The position numbers and the translations under genes were made by a program. Shown piece by piece: positions 11,956 to 23,534 of a stretch of DNA of 64,000 bases (the first letter of the stretch is position 1; every line of letters begins with the position of its first letter). Below the pieces are notes generated by a model that ran no database searches, was not told the origin of the DNA, and saw only the letters and a program-made list of their open reading frames with translations. Origin of the DNA: Macrostomum lignano (Eukaryota). The stretch lies in NCBI GenBank assembly GCA_002269645.1, contig NIVC01000276.1, forward strand, positions 237,427 to 301,426, given 5' to 3'.

Positions 11956-14900
11956 TGTAGTGTACGCCCCTCTACGCCTGTAGGCTTGTATGTGACTATA
12001 GCTTGAGTTCTCTCGACCAACGTGCGCTAGCTCTGCCCCCCCCCCCTTAACCATTGCATAACGTGGTAGCCGCACGTCGGCAGTGACTATATATTAACTC
12101 AAATATATGGTCCACGAGACCACTTTATATTTCGCGCACAAGCGCACTACAATGGCGTCGCAAGTCAGTTTACAGACCCCCAGCAAATTGGACTTGCGCA
12201 CGGACCCAAATGCAGCTCATACAAAATGGAAAAAATGGTCAGCCCAGTTTCAACTGTTTGCCGTCGCCTCTGGAATAGACGACAAGAAAAGACTACGGCA
12301 GCTGCTGTTGTATTCGGCCGGCGAGGACCTGCAGACGATCGCCGCGGGCCTCACCGATGAGGCCGAGGGCAAAGATATCGACACGCTCGTGGCCGCCTTG
12401 GACAGGCATTTCAACCGCAATCTGAACCTACCGTTCACTCGCTATCAATTCAGGCTCTGCACGCAACGGTCTGGCGAGCCCACGGACGAGTGGCTTCAGC
12501 GTCTCCAAGAAGCCGCCGACTGCTGTGGCTTCGAGGGTCTCAGAGACTCTCTGATTCGAGACCAGCTGATCGCTGGCTGCAGTTCCGAGCAGCTCCGCCG
12601 GAAACTGTTGGCAATGGACAATGTGGACCTGAAGCAGGCGCTCCGGGTGGCCAGGGCCATGGAGGCGGCGGAAGCCCAGGCGAGCGTCATGGAGGCCAAC
12701 GAGGCGTCCGTGCAGCGGCTCCGTCGGCAGGAGGCCAGTGGGGCGTCCAACAACCGTCGACAGCCACAGACCACGCAGTCCCCCGGCGGCAAGCAGCTCA
12801 AGTGCATCAGGTGCGGAGCCCCGGGCCACCGCACATGCAACGCAGCTGAAGGCAAGACGTGCCGCCGCTGCGGCAAACGAAACCACCTGGCAAGAGCCTG
12901 CCTGTCCGCACTAAAGGGAGACGTCCGCGTCTTGCAGGCCGACAGCGATAGCTCAGAGGTGGAGGATGGCGTCTTTTGCCTGACCGTTGCAGCCACCGGC
13001 ACTGCGGCAGTCGGCGCCAAGACAACAGTGCTCGTCGGTTCAACGCAGCTGCCGGTTCTGGTGGACAGCGGCGCCGACTGCAATATCCTCACTGAGCGGG
13101 CCTGGCGCACGCTGCCGGGACCCCGCGGCTGCAACCGAATCGCACTAAAGTCTTCGCCTACCGCTCATCCAAACCGCTCAGCACCCTGGGAGCATGCAGT
13201 CTGCAGGTGTCAGCCGGGCAGGACAGCCAGGCGGTCCGCTTCATTGTCATCCCGGGCGACGGCGCGAACATCTTGGGGCGCGAGGCATCAACCTTGCTGC
13301 GCCTTCTGAGCCTGGGTCCCCAGGTCAACGTAGTTGCGTCTTCCGAGACGGATGATCCAGCTATCCGGGCTGTGGTCGAGCGATTTCCGGAGCTCTTCAA
13401 GGGTCTTGGCAAGGTCAAAGACGTCTCGGTGCAGATTAACATCAAGTCCGACGCCAGGCCTGTCTGCCACCCGCCATCTCGAGTCCCAGTGCACCTCCGG
13501 GAGGCGCTGGACCGCGAGCTAGACGAGCAGGAGCAGCTCGGCATCATCCAGCCCGTCGAAGGTCCAACGCCGTGGGTCAGCCGCATCGTCGTGGTGCCGA
13601 AGGAGGACGGCAAGAGTGTGCGAATCACACAGGATCTTCGGGACGTAAACAAAGCGGCACTGAGGGAGCGGCACCAGATCCCGACCTTCGAAGAGGCCAC
13701 AAGCGACATGGCGGGGTCGACGGTCTTCTCCAAACTCGACATCTTCAAGGCGTTTCATCAAATTGAGATCAGCGAGGACAGCCGCAGGTTCTTTGTGTTT
13801 TCTACGCCCCGAGGAATGCGTCGGCTGACCCGCCTAAGCATGGGCTTTGCCTCTGCCTCGGAGATACTCCAACGCGTAATGCAGCGAGTGCTGGCGGGAC
13901 TGACCGGCGTAAAGTGGATCCACGATGACATCATAATCCACAGTCAGGACCTGGAGTCTCACCAGGCACACGTGGCTGCCTGTCTGGCTAGACTGCGAGA
14001 GCACGGCATCACCCTGAACGCCAGCAAGTGCCACTGGGGCATCAGCAAGGCCAAATTCATGGCCATGACGCTGTCGAAGAATGGAATTCAGCCGTCAGAA
14101 GAAAAGATCGCAGCGCTGCAGGCCTTCAAGGACCCCCAGTCGGTCAAGGAGGTCCGGTCATTCCTGGGGTTGGCAAACCACCTCGAGAAGTTCATTCCGC
14201 AGTTGGCAGCCAAGGCGGAGCCCCTCAGGCGGCTGGTACGAAAGGGCCAGGAATTCGTCTGGGACAGCGAGCAGCAGCAGGCCTTCCAGGCCGTCAAAGA
14301 CGGCATCTCCGAGAGCTCCACTCTGGCCTTCTTTGACAAGCAGCTGCCGACTGAGCTGGTGGTCGACGCATCGCCCGTCGGTGTCGGCGCCATCCTGCAG
14401 CAGCGACATTCCGGCGGCCTGACTCGCCCGGTGGCCTACGCGAGCCGAACCCTCAGCGACGTCGAGCGGCGGTACAGTCAGATCGAGCGCGAGGCCCTGG
14501 GCGTCAAGTTCGGTTGCCTGAAGTTCGCGTTCTACCTTGAGGGCTGCCCGCACTTTGATGTCTACACTGACCACAAGCCGCTGCTCGGCATCTACAGGGC
14601 GGACTCTAGGCCGCCGCCCCGGCTCGAGCGTATTGTGCTGCAGACCCAGCACTTCTCGTTTACGCTGCACTACCGCAAGGGCGAGGACAATCCGGCAGAT
14701 CCCCTCAGTCGCAACCCGCTGCCGAGCGCATCGCCCGGCAAAGGCGAGGCCGCAGAGACTCGACTGCTCAACGCTGTTGTCCAGGCAGCCACGCCGAAGG
14801 GCCTGACAGTCGACAAGGTCCAGGCTGCAACCGAGTCGGACCCGACCCTGACGGCCGTCATGCAGGCGCTGGCAACCGGGAACTGGAGCTGTGGTGCGAC

Positions 14901-16408
14901 AGCGCCAGCGCACAGCTTCCGGTCTCTGAAAGACGAACTCAGCGTCCACGCAGGCCTGCTGCTCCGAGGCAGTAGAATTGTCATCCCAGCAGAACTGCAG
15001 CAGTTGACCATCGGCCTGGCGCATCAGGGTCACCTGGGCCAGAAAAAAACGTGCGATCGACTTCAACGCAAGGTCTGGTGGCCCGGCATGACCAAACAGG
15101 TGGAAGCCGTCGTCTCCCGCTGCCGCCCGTGCCAGGCGGCCCGGCCTGATGGGGCCACCAAGCCGCCGCCGATGCAGCCGACGCCTCTTCCGTCGGGGCC
15201 TTGGCAATCGCTAAGCGTGGATGTCTGCGGGCCATTCCCGACCGGCGAGAACATTGTCGTGCTGGTTGACTACTTCAGCCGGTACCCGGATGTCTACGTG
15301 GTGCGAAGCCTCACCAGCTCCAGCGTCATCACCTGCGCCATGGCCTCGTTCAGCCGCTTTGGTGTGCCGCAGCAGATCACCACGGACAACGCCACGTATT
15401 TCACGAGTGACGAGTTCAGAGAGTTTCTCGATGGCCTCGGAGTTCAGCATCGCCGCGTCACCCCGCTCTACCCGGCAGCGAATGGCGAAGTAGAGCGCTT
15501 CAACCACAGCCTCAACAAGGCCGTCAACGCCGCCACAGCCGAAGGCAAAGACTGGCGCCGGGCCATCCACGAGTGGCTTCTCGGCTACCGCAACTCCGTG
15601 CACCGCGGCACCGACCGCTCGCCCAACGACCTCTTGTTCAACAGGGCCGTCGGCGACGTCTTGCCTACCATCTCGACGAAGCAGCGCGGCAGCCGCGAGC
15701 GGCAACTCCAGAGCCACGACCGCAGCTACAAGCAGGCGATGCGGCAGACAGCCGACACGCGACGAGCGGCTGGGCCGCACGGCATTCAGGCGGGAGTCCG
15801 CGTGCTGCTCAAGAATCGCGGCAAAGCCAAGTTGAGGTGTCCGTTTGATCCACGCCCCTGGATCGTTAAAGCGGTAAACGGCAGCGCCCTGACTCTGGAA
15901 CGTGACGGGGCCGTCTTGCGACGGCACGTGACCGAGACGAAGCGGCTGCGCGAGTGCCCCTGGGAGCCCGAAGTACTGGATGCCGGCGAGACAGCCGAGA
16001 CTCCGCCCACCACGCTTGGAGGCGCGAACGAGGGAGCCATTGCACAGAGGCCCCATCCCAGGAAGGCTAAGCGGCAAATTTGTTACAAACTATAAGTTGG
16101 AGCGCAAGCAAACTTTTTGTTCATTGCTTTATTACCGTTGCTTCATTTTGTTACAATTCGTTCAACTCTAACGTATCGAAATGCGGCCTCAACCCTCTGC
16201 TTGGGGGAGAGGTGTAGTGTACGCCCCTCTACGCCTGTAGGCTTGTATGTGACTCTAGCTTGAGTTCTCTCGACCAACGTGCGCTAGCTCTGCCCCGCCC
16301 CCCTTAACCATTGCATAACGTGGTAGCCGCACGTCGGCAGTGACTATATATTAACTCAAATATATGGTCCACGAGACCACTTTATATTTCGCGCACAAGC
16401 GCACTACA
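11956..16408 (+). mobile_element. Full-length Ty3/Gypsy LTR retrotransposon
   Basis: 196-bp LTRs (11956-12151, 16213-16408; TGT...ACA; 2 mismatches seen), 5-bp TSD CTTTG (11951-55, 16409-13), PPT GGGGGAGAGG before the 3' LTR, TGG-initiated PBS at 12153, PR-RT-RH-IN order. Confidence 0.97.
12152..16095 (+). CDS. Gag-Pol polyprotein with one 1-nt frameshift at ~13125
   Basis: Gag Zn knuckles (CIRCGAPGH, CRRCGKRNHLARAC), protease LVDSGADCNIL, RT WIHDDIII, RNase H VVDAS..YASRTL..YTDHKPL, integrase GHLGQKKT...C..C, TTDNA, NGEVER. Confidence 0.92.
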
Positions 16409-17077
16409 CTTTGTTTTAAAATATAAGGAGAATATTTGATATTTATTTTGCTAGAATGTTTTTACTAGACTGATCAAATTGATAATCTCTTTCATTTTTA
16501 CAGAAGGTTGACCAATCAGTCAAAATTAAGTTCACATTGAGCGCTGCATGGCTGCATTTTCTGAGACAGTTCAAATCTTTTACTGAAAAAACTGCTAGCA
16601 AATTGTTTAGGTGGATTTGTAGTCTTGTTGCCAGTATAGAGGCAACGAAAACTGCGAATTGACTGTGTAAGCATAAAAGAGTCTCAGTTTGATCTGCTCT
16701 TTCATCTCCTTCATCTTAGTGTGGTTGTAAGCCTTCGTGCGCAGCGGCAGGCGGAATAGCGCGTGTGCCTCTGCAAATTGAATCCGCCACTGAAAGTCGA
16801 AAACCGGCGGTTGTATAGCGCTGCGCAATTGTGAATTTTGTAAAGCAACCTAGGGCAAAACACAGCATACACAGTCCAGTTGGCTGCGTACAAGTTTGTA
16901 GAGATTCGTTAGGCATACCGTAATGCGCTACTCAAATTAATGTTCTAATAAAATCAATTTAAACTCGCAATCTATTTTTTAAATGAGTCATGATGAGTCA
17001 TATCTATTTTTAGAAATTCTGTTTTTAGAATGAGTCATGCGTTTGCATGTATTAGGAGTATTCGCGCTTGGCGAGAC

Positions 17078-19787
17078 TGTGGGCGCAGCCACACCCCTTT
17101 ACAAGTATATTTGAGTTTGCCCATAGACAATAATGTATGCATGAACTAAACTAAAGCGGCTGGCTGCCACATCCCCCTTTTTTTCAAAAGAACATTGTTC
17201 GTGAATTGCATAGTTTGTGCATAAACAAAAAATGCATCATTAAAACAGCTTAATAGAATCTCGTCTGTTTGACAGTACGACCCGATCGTGTCACATATGG
17301 CGCATTTGTGTCAGCATTGGTCGTTTGTCGGTTAGCATCTTCAGCAGGATTACTTGTTGTTGGATGCTCATGAGTTGGCTGAATTCCGGATGATGCAGTT
17401 GAATCATTCAGATGACTCTCTGAGATATCTACTGGTCGCTGTAGCGCTAGATGTTTCGGTATTGCAGACAGTCTGGAGTTCGCAACTCTGGGTGCTAAAA
17501 ATCGTCTGTTCCTCCTGTAGCATTTACCATCAGCAGTTTGCACTCGGTACGATCGTTCTGGATCCGTATGATCCCGCGATTGAATTTCTGCTGGAATTCA
17601 CTGTCTCTTGTCCTCGTACTCGTACAACCAGACTTGCTCTCCAGTCTCCAGTGGTTTCAAATCCCTAGCTGTACTGTTGTAGCGAATCGCGTTCTTCCTT
17701 CGCATGGCGTTTAGTGTTTCGAAATCATTCTTCGTCCATGTTCGTTTTGGTATCAATTCCATTATTGGTACAGGTAGTTCGTACCTCAATTTCCTTACGA
17801 TCAGTAGCTCTGCTGGGGTCGGTAACCCACGCTCAATCGGAGTATTACGGTAGTGAAGCATTGCTTTTTCAAAGTCTTCATTCTTTCTCAAGAAGCATTT
17901 CACTGTTTGCACAGCTCGCTCCGCTAATCCATTGGAGGACTGTGGATGTCTTGGTGATGATGTTACAATCGCTATCCCGCTTGATTTAGCATATAATTGG
18001 AATGCGTTGGACGAGAATGGCGGTCCGTTGTCGCATCGCAACTTCTCAGGTGTTCCGAATGTGGAGAAATATTTCTTTAATTGCAGGATGACAAACTCAG
18101 CTGTATTTGATCTTAATGGATCTGCACAGATCCATCGGCTGTATCTGTCCACTAAAACTATGAATTTTCGACCTTTAAAATCGAACAGGTCAGTCGCGCA
18201 CTCTTAAAATGGATAATCAGGATGCGGACTTTGAATGATTGTTTCTTTCTGTGGTCGGGATTGGCTGCTTTGGCAGGCATCGCATGCTGCTATGTAGTTC
18301 TGGATGTCTCGACGCATTCGAGGCCAGTATACCGATCCTCTTGCTTTTAGCAGTGTTTTTTCAATGCCTTGATGTCCTTCATGAAAGATGTTCAAGAATT
18401 CGTGGCGCATGGTCCGTGGTATAAATATCTTGCTGGTTTTCATAATTAATCTGTCGTGCTCGGCTAAATCGTGACGAACATTCCAGAAAGGCTTTAGTTG
18501 TTCTGGCAATTGGTTTCTGAGTTCCGGCCAACCATCGCGAATGCGATTCTTGATCGCATGGTAAGTTGAATCTGCATATGTGTGTTCCTGAATCTTCTTG
18601 AGTAGATCTTCCGGTAGACAAACCTTTTGGATACCCAAGATTTGATTCTCAAGCTCAGAGTCTGTCATTCGCCGAATGCACGGATTGCAAGAAAGCACGG
18701 CTTAATGTATCAGCCAAATAAAGATATCTTCCCGGTTTGTATTGCACGTCTAAGTCGAATTCTTGGATCTTGAGTATCAGACGTTGAATTCTCGCCGATA
18801 GTTCATCCATTGGCTTCTTCATAATATACTGCAGCGGTTTGTGGTCAGACTCGACGGAGACTCTACGTCCCCAGAGATACTGTCTGAACCTTCGACAGCC
18901 AAATACTATCGCAAGCATTTCCTTCTCTATCTGGGCATATTTCTTTTGAGCGATGTTAGAGCTGATGATGCATACTCAATGACATGTCCTTCCTGCAATA
19001 GTGCTGCCCCCAAGCCATCTTTGCTGGCGTCGACAGATAAAATTAGGTCTTTATTCGGGTCAAATGGCGCAAGCACAGGTGCTTCGCAGAGGCACTGCTT
19101 GATTCCTTGATACGCCTTTTCTTGGTCGTTGGTCCACACCCATTCGGATTCTTTCTTCATGAGTTCCCTCAAAGGACTTGTCAGTGCAGAAAAGTTTGCT
19201 ATGAATCTTGACAAGTAATTTGCACTGCCAATAAACCGTTGGAGCTGCGCTTGCTTTTCAGCACGCTATTCGAAACTGTTTGGGTGCGGAATTTCTTTGA
19301 TGCTGTTTACTTTTTGTGGATCTATTTTCACACCTTTGTCAGTTAGTATGTGTCCAAGAAATCGAAGGTCGGTTTTGCCAATGCTCGTCTTTTGCCTGTT
19401 CAGAGTCAGGTTCTTTTTTCTGCATTGCTCCAAAAGATTTCGAACTGCTTGGTCGTGCTCTTCCCGAGTCTTTCCCCATACTATGATGTCATCGATGTAG
19501 TTAGCAGATTTTTCTACCTGACTTGTCACTTCTTCTTTGATGCGCCTTTGGTAAGCTTCAGGTGCATCCTTTAGACCAAAAGCTTGTCGATTCCATTTGT
19601 AAACACCAAACGGGGTGTGAAATGCAGTAAGAAGTGAACTTTCTTGATCCAACTGAACTTGATAGAAGCCAGACTTAGCATCAAATGTTGAGAAGAATTT
19701 TGCTCCTGTCATCTCGCTAATCATCTCGTCATAGGTTTGAATGGGGTATCGATTTCTGACAATATCATAAAGCGGCTGGCTGCCACA
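17078..19787 (-). mobile_element. Internally deleted, frameshifted Ty3/Gypsy element (RT-RH-IN remnants plus 3' LTR)
   Basis: RT (FSTFDAKSGFYQ, NYIDDIIVW), RNase H (SVDASKDGLG, ESDHKPL), IN (HEGHQGIEKT, LRCDNGPPF, NGLAERAVQ); PPT AAAAAAAAGGGGGA then LTR start at 17171; 20-bp LTR terminus repeated at 19768-19787; LTR far end at 17078 is tentative. Confidence 0.85.
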
Positions 19788-21005
19788 AGCCCTACGTAGC
19801 AGCGAGATTTATTTGATCAAGGAACCGCGGTTCTCGGGAGTTTTATTTGCTTAATTCCATATATGGAAATGATCAAACATTTATGACCTCTTAATCAAAC
19901 ATACGTGACCTAAGTAAATAACCGATTTTAAACCAGTTTTTCACCAAAATTTTACTATAAATATAAGTGAAAATCCGAGTCAAAAATTCAGACTCGGAGC
20001 GGTCTCAAGGAATACCTTGGAATACGTTAACTAAGAAGACCCATCACTGAGAGAAGAAATCCGGACAGATTAGTAAGCGTTACCTGTTTTAGTTCTTTGC
20101 TATAGCACTAATAAGTTGATTAATTGAGTTTACGAGAGCCACTTATTGTCGACACATTTGTTGAGAAAGGCCTCCTTGTTTCCTAGGATACATTCCTAGA
20201 GGATTATTGAGTTGATTTGAGTTATCCGTTACGTTTCGGACGTAACGAAGAAGACGCCCTTCAGGAGGACCTATTACAGAAAGTTAGAGAATTCAATCGT
20301 TCATAAGGGCGCACGTTCTATTGTGAATTCCGAGCTCGAGGACCGTCAAGAATTCTGATTTGCTCTCGTTTTGGTCGACCCACAGATAAAGTTAAGGACT
20401 CCATGAGACAACAGCTGTTCACCGGAACCGGCCGCCGCAACCGCTCAGCAAGCTAGCTAGCCCTACAGACAACAAGACTAGGAGCTCCGCCGACTACCGA
20501 CCGCAAGAGTATCCGCTGCAGTAAGAGTTATTCGATTTGGTATATACCTAGGCACTTGTTCCCCAGTGTCTAGAAGTGGGAGTTTATTGAGTGACTGATC
20601 ACCACCCAATATAAACTCTTCAAGTTTTACAACCAATTGTGTCCGATAGTTTAATTGATTCTATCAATTTGTTTTTGAAACTCTTACTGATAGCAGTAAG
20701 AGTAAAGCAATTGTAAAGAAAGTATACACCGCTTTTTATTTCATTATAAATAACAATATTAACGCAGTTGTCTCGATAATTAGTCCCGGTGAAAGTGAGT
20801 TAGAATAAGAGCGCAAACTGATGAAAGCAATAAGTCAGTTGCAATTCTAAAAAAACCTGATAAAAACTGAAAAACGCCCGCCACAATTTATTGACATAAA
20901 AATTAGCTAAAATTCTAAAATTATTTGCATTCATTGCTCTACTGCTTTGCACTCTTCGGGTTGCTGCTGCCAAATACTAGCGAGATTCCCCGCTTCTCTC
21001 CGGCC

Positions 21006-22444
21006 TCAGCGAGCAGCCAGCAGCGGCCATAGGTATAAAAAGCCAACCGCGTTGACTGCCGAGAGAGTCAGGTAGATCCCGCAGCCAATCACACCGAATC
21101 GCCGTTTTCGCTCCGAGTTAATCCGCTCAAACACTGCCACGGCGGCGAAGGTGCAGAATATGAGCACCAGCATTTGCACCATGAGGAAGTAGCCCAGAGG
21201 TGGGATCTGGTTCATGGACTTGGGAGCCGACTGTGAAGCGATCAGGATGTAGAGCGACATTGACATGATGATGGCAATGGAGATGCTGGCCTGATCGCCC
21301 TGCTCCTGGGCAAAGAACATCACGCAGGCCAGGAGTGACAGCATCTCGAATGGCAGCAAGATGAGCACCGCGTAGTACAGCGGCTTTCGTCTCAAATGGA
21401 ACTCGATGCTATAGTAGCCGAACTCCTGACCCGCCGCGTTGTACTTAGAAGAGGTCTGGTCCAGCCTCTCCAGGTGCCACTCGCCAACGGAGTAGAAGGT
21501 TGAGTCCACCTTGGCGCTGCTCATGCGACTCTCCATAGTGAAGTTGAAAAAGTGCAGATCCGAGCTGATGCCACCAAACTCCAGTTTGCACGTCTGGGTG
21601 TCGAATGGAAACAGATACATGTCGATCTGGCACGGAAACCGAATCACTGTGTGCACATACCTGCGAACAATTATTTAGATTAGCTGGCATTCTGCTTCAG
21701 AATAGCAGGTCTGAGTACGTAAATTTTGATTAACTGCTTCATTCACAGGTTGTTACGATCTCATATTTTCGTTATTGGTTCTAACAAGTTAACTATGCAT
21801 CGTAAATTAATCTCAGTAGCTATTTGCCTAGTCGGGGGCTTTTGTGATATCTTACCGTATATAGAATGGACGGCTCCATTGCATCTTGCAAGCATCAATT
21901 TCCTACGAGTGTATCGAATTTGTCACAAAAGACAGTAGTATTTGGCGCGAAAGATCAGCAGAAGTCAGACTTAAAATACTTTAACTCACAGACTGACGGT
22001 TCCGTTGGTAAAAACCGTCGTGTCGCTGAATTTGGCATTGCGCAAGTCCATGAACTCGATCTCTTTGGCGTTCCAAAATCCCACATCCGGGATCCAGATC
22101 TGGCCGCGCGTCATCTTCAACTGGGGCACGTTACCGTCGCTGTCGTTCCAGGCCAGTCTGAGGTCCTGCCAGACCACCAGCACCCAGCCCGACCACTCCA
22201 GCAGCTCGGACTCGTCCAAGCCATATACAGTCTTCACCTCGATCATCACAGAGACGTTGCACTGATAGCCAAACAGGGTGGGGGCCAAGATCACGTGACA
22301 AGAGGGAAGAGTCTGGGAACCGGCGGCAGCAGCCAAGGCGCGGCAGGCGGGCACATCAGCATTGGTTGCTGGGTCGAGAGCAGCCACCAGATGGAGTAGC
22401 GGTAACACCAGCCAGAGCAGGACTACCGAACTCAACGGAGACAT
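21006..22444 (-). CDS. Cys-loop pentameric ligand-gated ion channel subunit (nAChR-like, non-alpha), 369 aa; exons 22444-21990, 21660-21006
   Basis: Signal peptide; WQDLRLAW, IWIPDV, Cys-loop CQIDMYLFPFDTQTC, RRKPLYY before M1, four TM helices; phase-2 GT-AG junction. Confidence 0.9.
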
Positions 22445-22663
22445 CGGTGGGAGCCACACTGAAATGACCTGTAATTTTTTTTTCGATGCAGTAAGATGCA
22501 GTTGAAGCGAGTCAACGACATTTGAGTTTCCGAAATAGACCAACCAATGCATCGTAAAATGGTGTGCTTTTGAAATACAGTAGCTTAATCTGACTAGCGC
22601 TGCTTATTTACGAGCCAGAACTTTCTACTCAAGTTGATCCCAGAAGATTTGAATTTGATCCTA

Positions 22664-22984
22664 TTAACCATGAGCGGGTGGAATCAAGAGAAATCTGTCT
22701 GTTGATAGAGAGAAAGGCTTGGAAAGAAACGGGCAGTGAAAGATCAGATCGGTTGACCAGTAGCTGGCTATTTCTGGCTTCTTGTCGACTCCCATGAGCA
22801 GCACCAACTTTCGAGCTTCATTAGTTGAGCAATCACGCCAGTTTAACACCAGCTTCAGTACAGAATCCTTGGTCTCTGCCTCCTGAAAGATCTTCCAAGC
22901 TTTTGCGTTGGTCGATCGGCTAATATCTTCAAACAGTTGATCCGTCAGAAATAGCTTCAGGAAAGCTTCTTCGTTTCCATCCAC
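22664..22984 (-). pseudogene. piggyBac-like transposase N-terminal fragment
   Basis: FLKLFLTDQLF..I...TN..A, W......E, LLMG..KKP...YWSTD, FS....RF match the piggyBac transposase N-terminal pattern; truncated. Confidence 0.75.
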
Positions 22985-23534
22985 AGCATGTGGAGAATGC
23001 CAGTCAGGTCGTGCACCGGGGTACCGAGGAATTCAGGCAAGGCTGATGGTCGATTATCAGTGTCAGCTTGAACTATGTGCCACTCATCGGCATGCTCGAC
23101 TCCTGGGACCAATTTCATGAGGCACTGCTAACTGCTATTTAGCAGCTGCTACTCAACTTTTAGTTTCTAAATAGTAGCACAAACCATGGACAATCTCAAT
23201 GCTTATTCGTTCATCGGTAACAGTTTGACACTGCTGCGAGTAAAACATTAAGATATAGGAGCCATATGTGGCAGTCGATAAAAAGTTTTAATGAAAATAT
23301 ATTTAAGTGATATTTAATTAAAACAAAATATACAAATGAAGTATGAGCAAGAAGATACATGGAATGAAGAAGAAACATAAAGGATGCATCCTTCATGAAC
23401 AACGTCAATTTGTATATAGATGTACTTGTCTCATACTTTATTTGCTAACACATGCGCGTCATATTTTTCTCTCCTCTTCAAATTTCATCCTTCATGTTAC
23501 TTGTTCCTTTTTAAATCATTTTATTGTATACTTC

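Noticed and set aside
13100-13210. Programmed gag-pol frameshift in the full-length Gypsy
   Set aside because: The shift falls after the protease catalytic motif, inside the domain, with no slippery heptamer; better explained as an indel
19790-20700. Possible solo LTR or retroelement leader
   Set aside because: No second copy, TSD or recognisable ORF within the window; needs a repeat-library search
22664-22667. TTAA as a piggyBac terminus
   Set aside because: It lies where the transposase is truncated mid-gene; no TIR or partner TTAA end found
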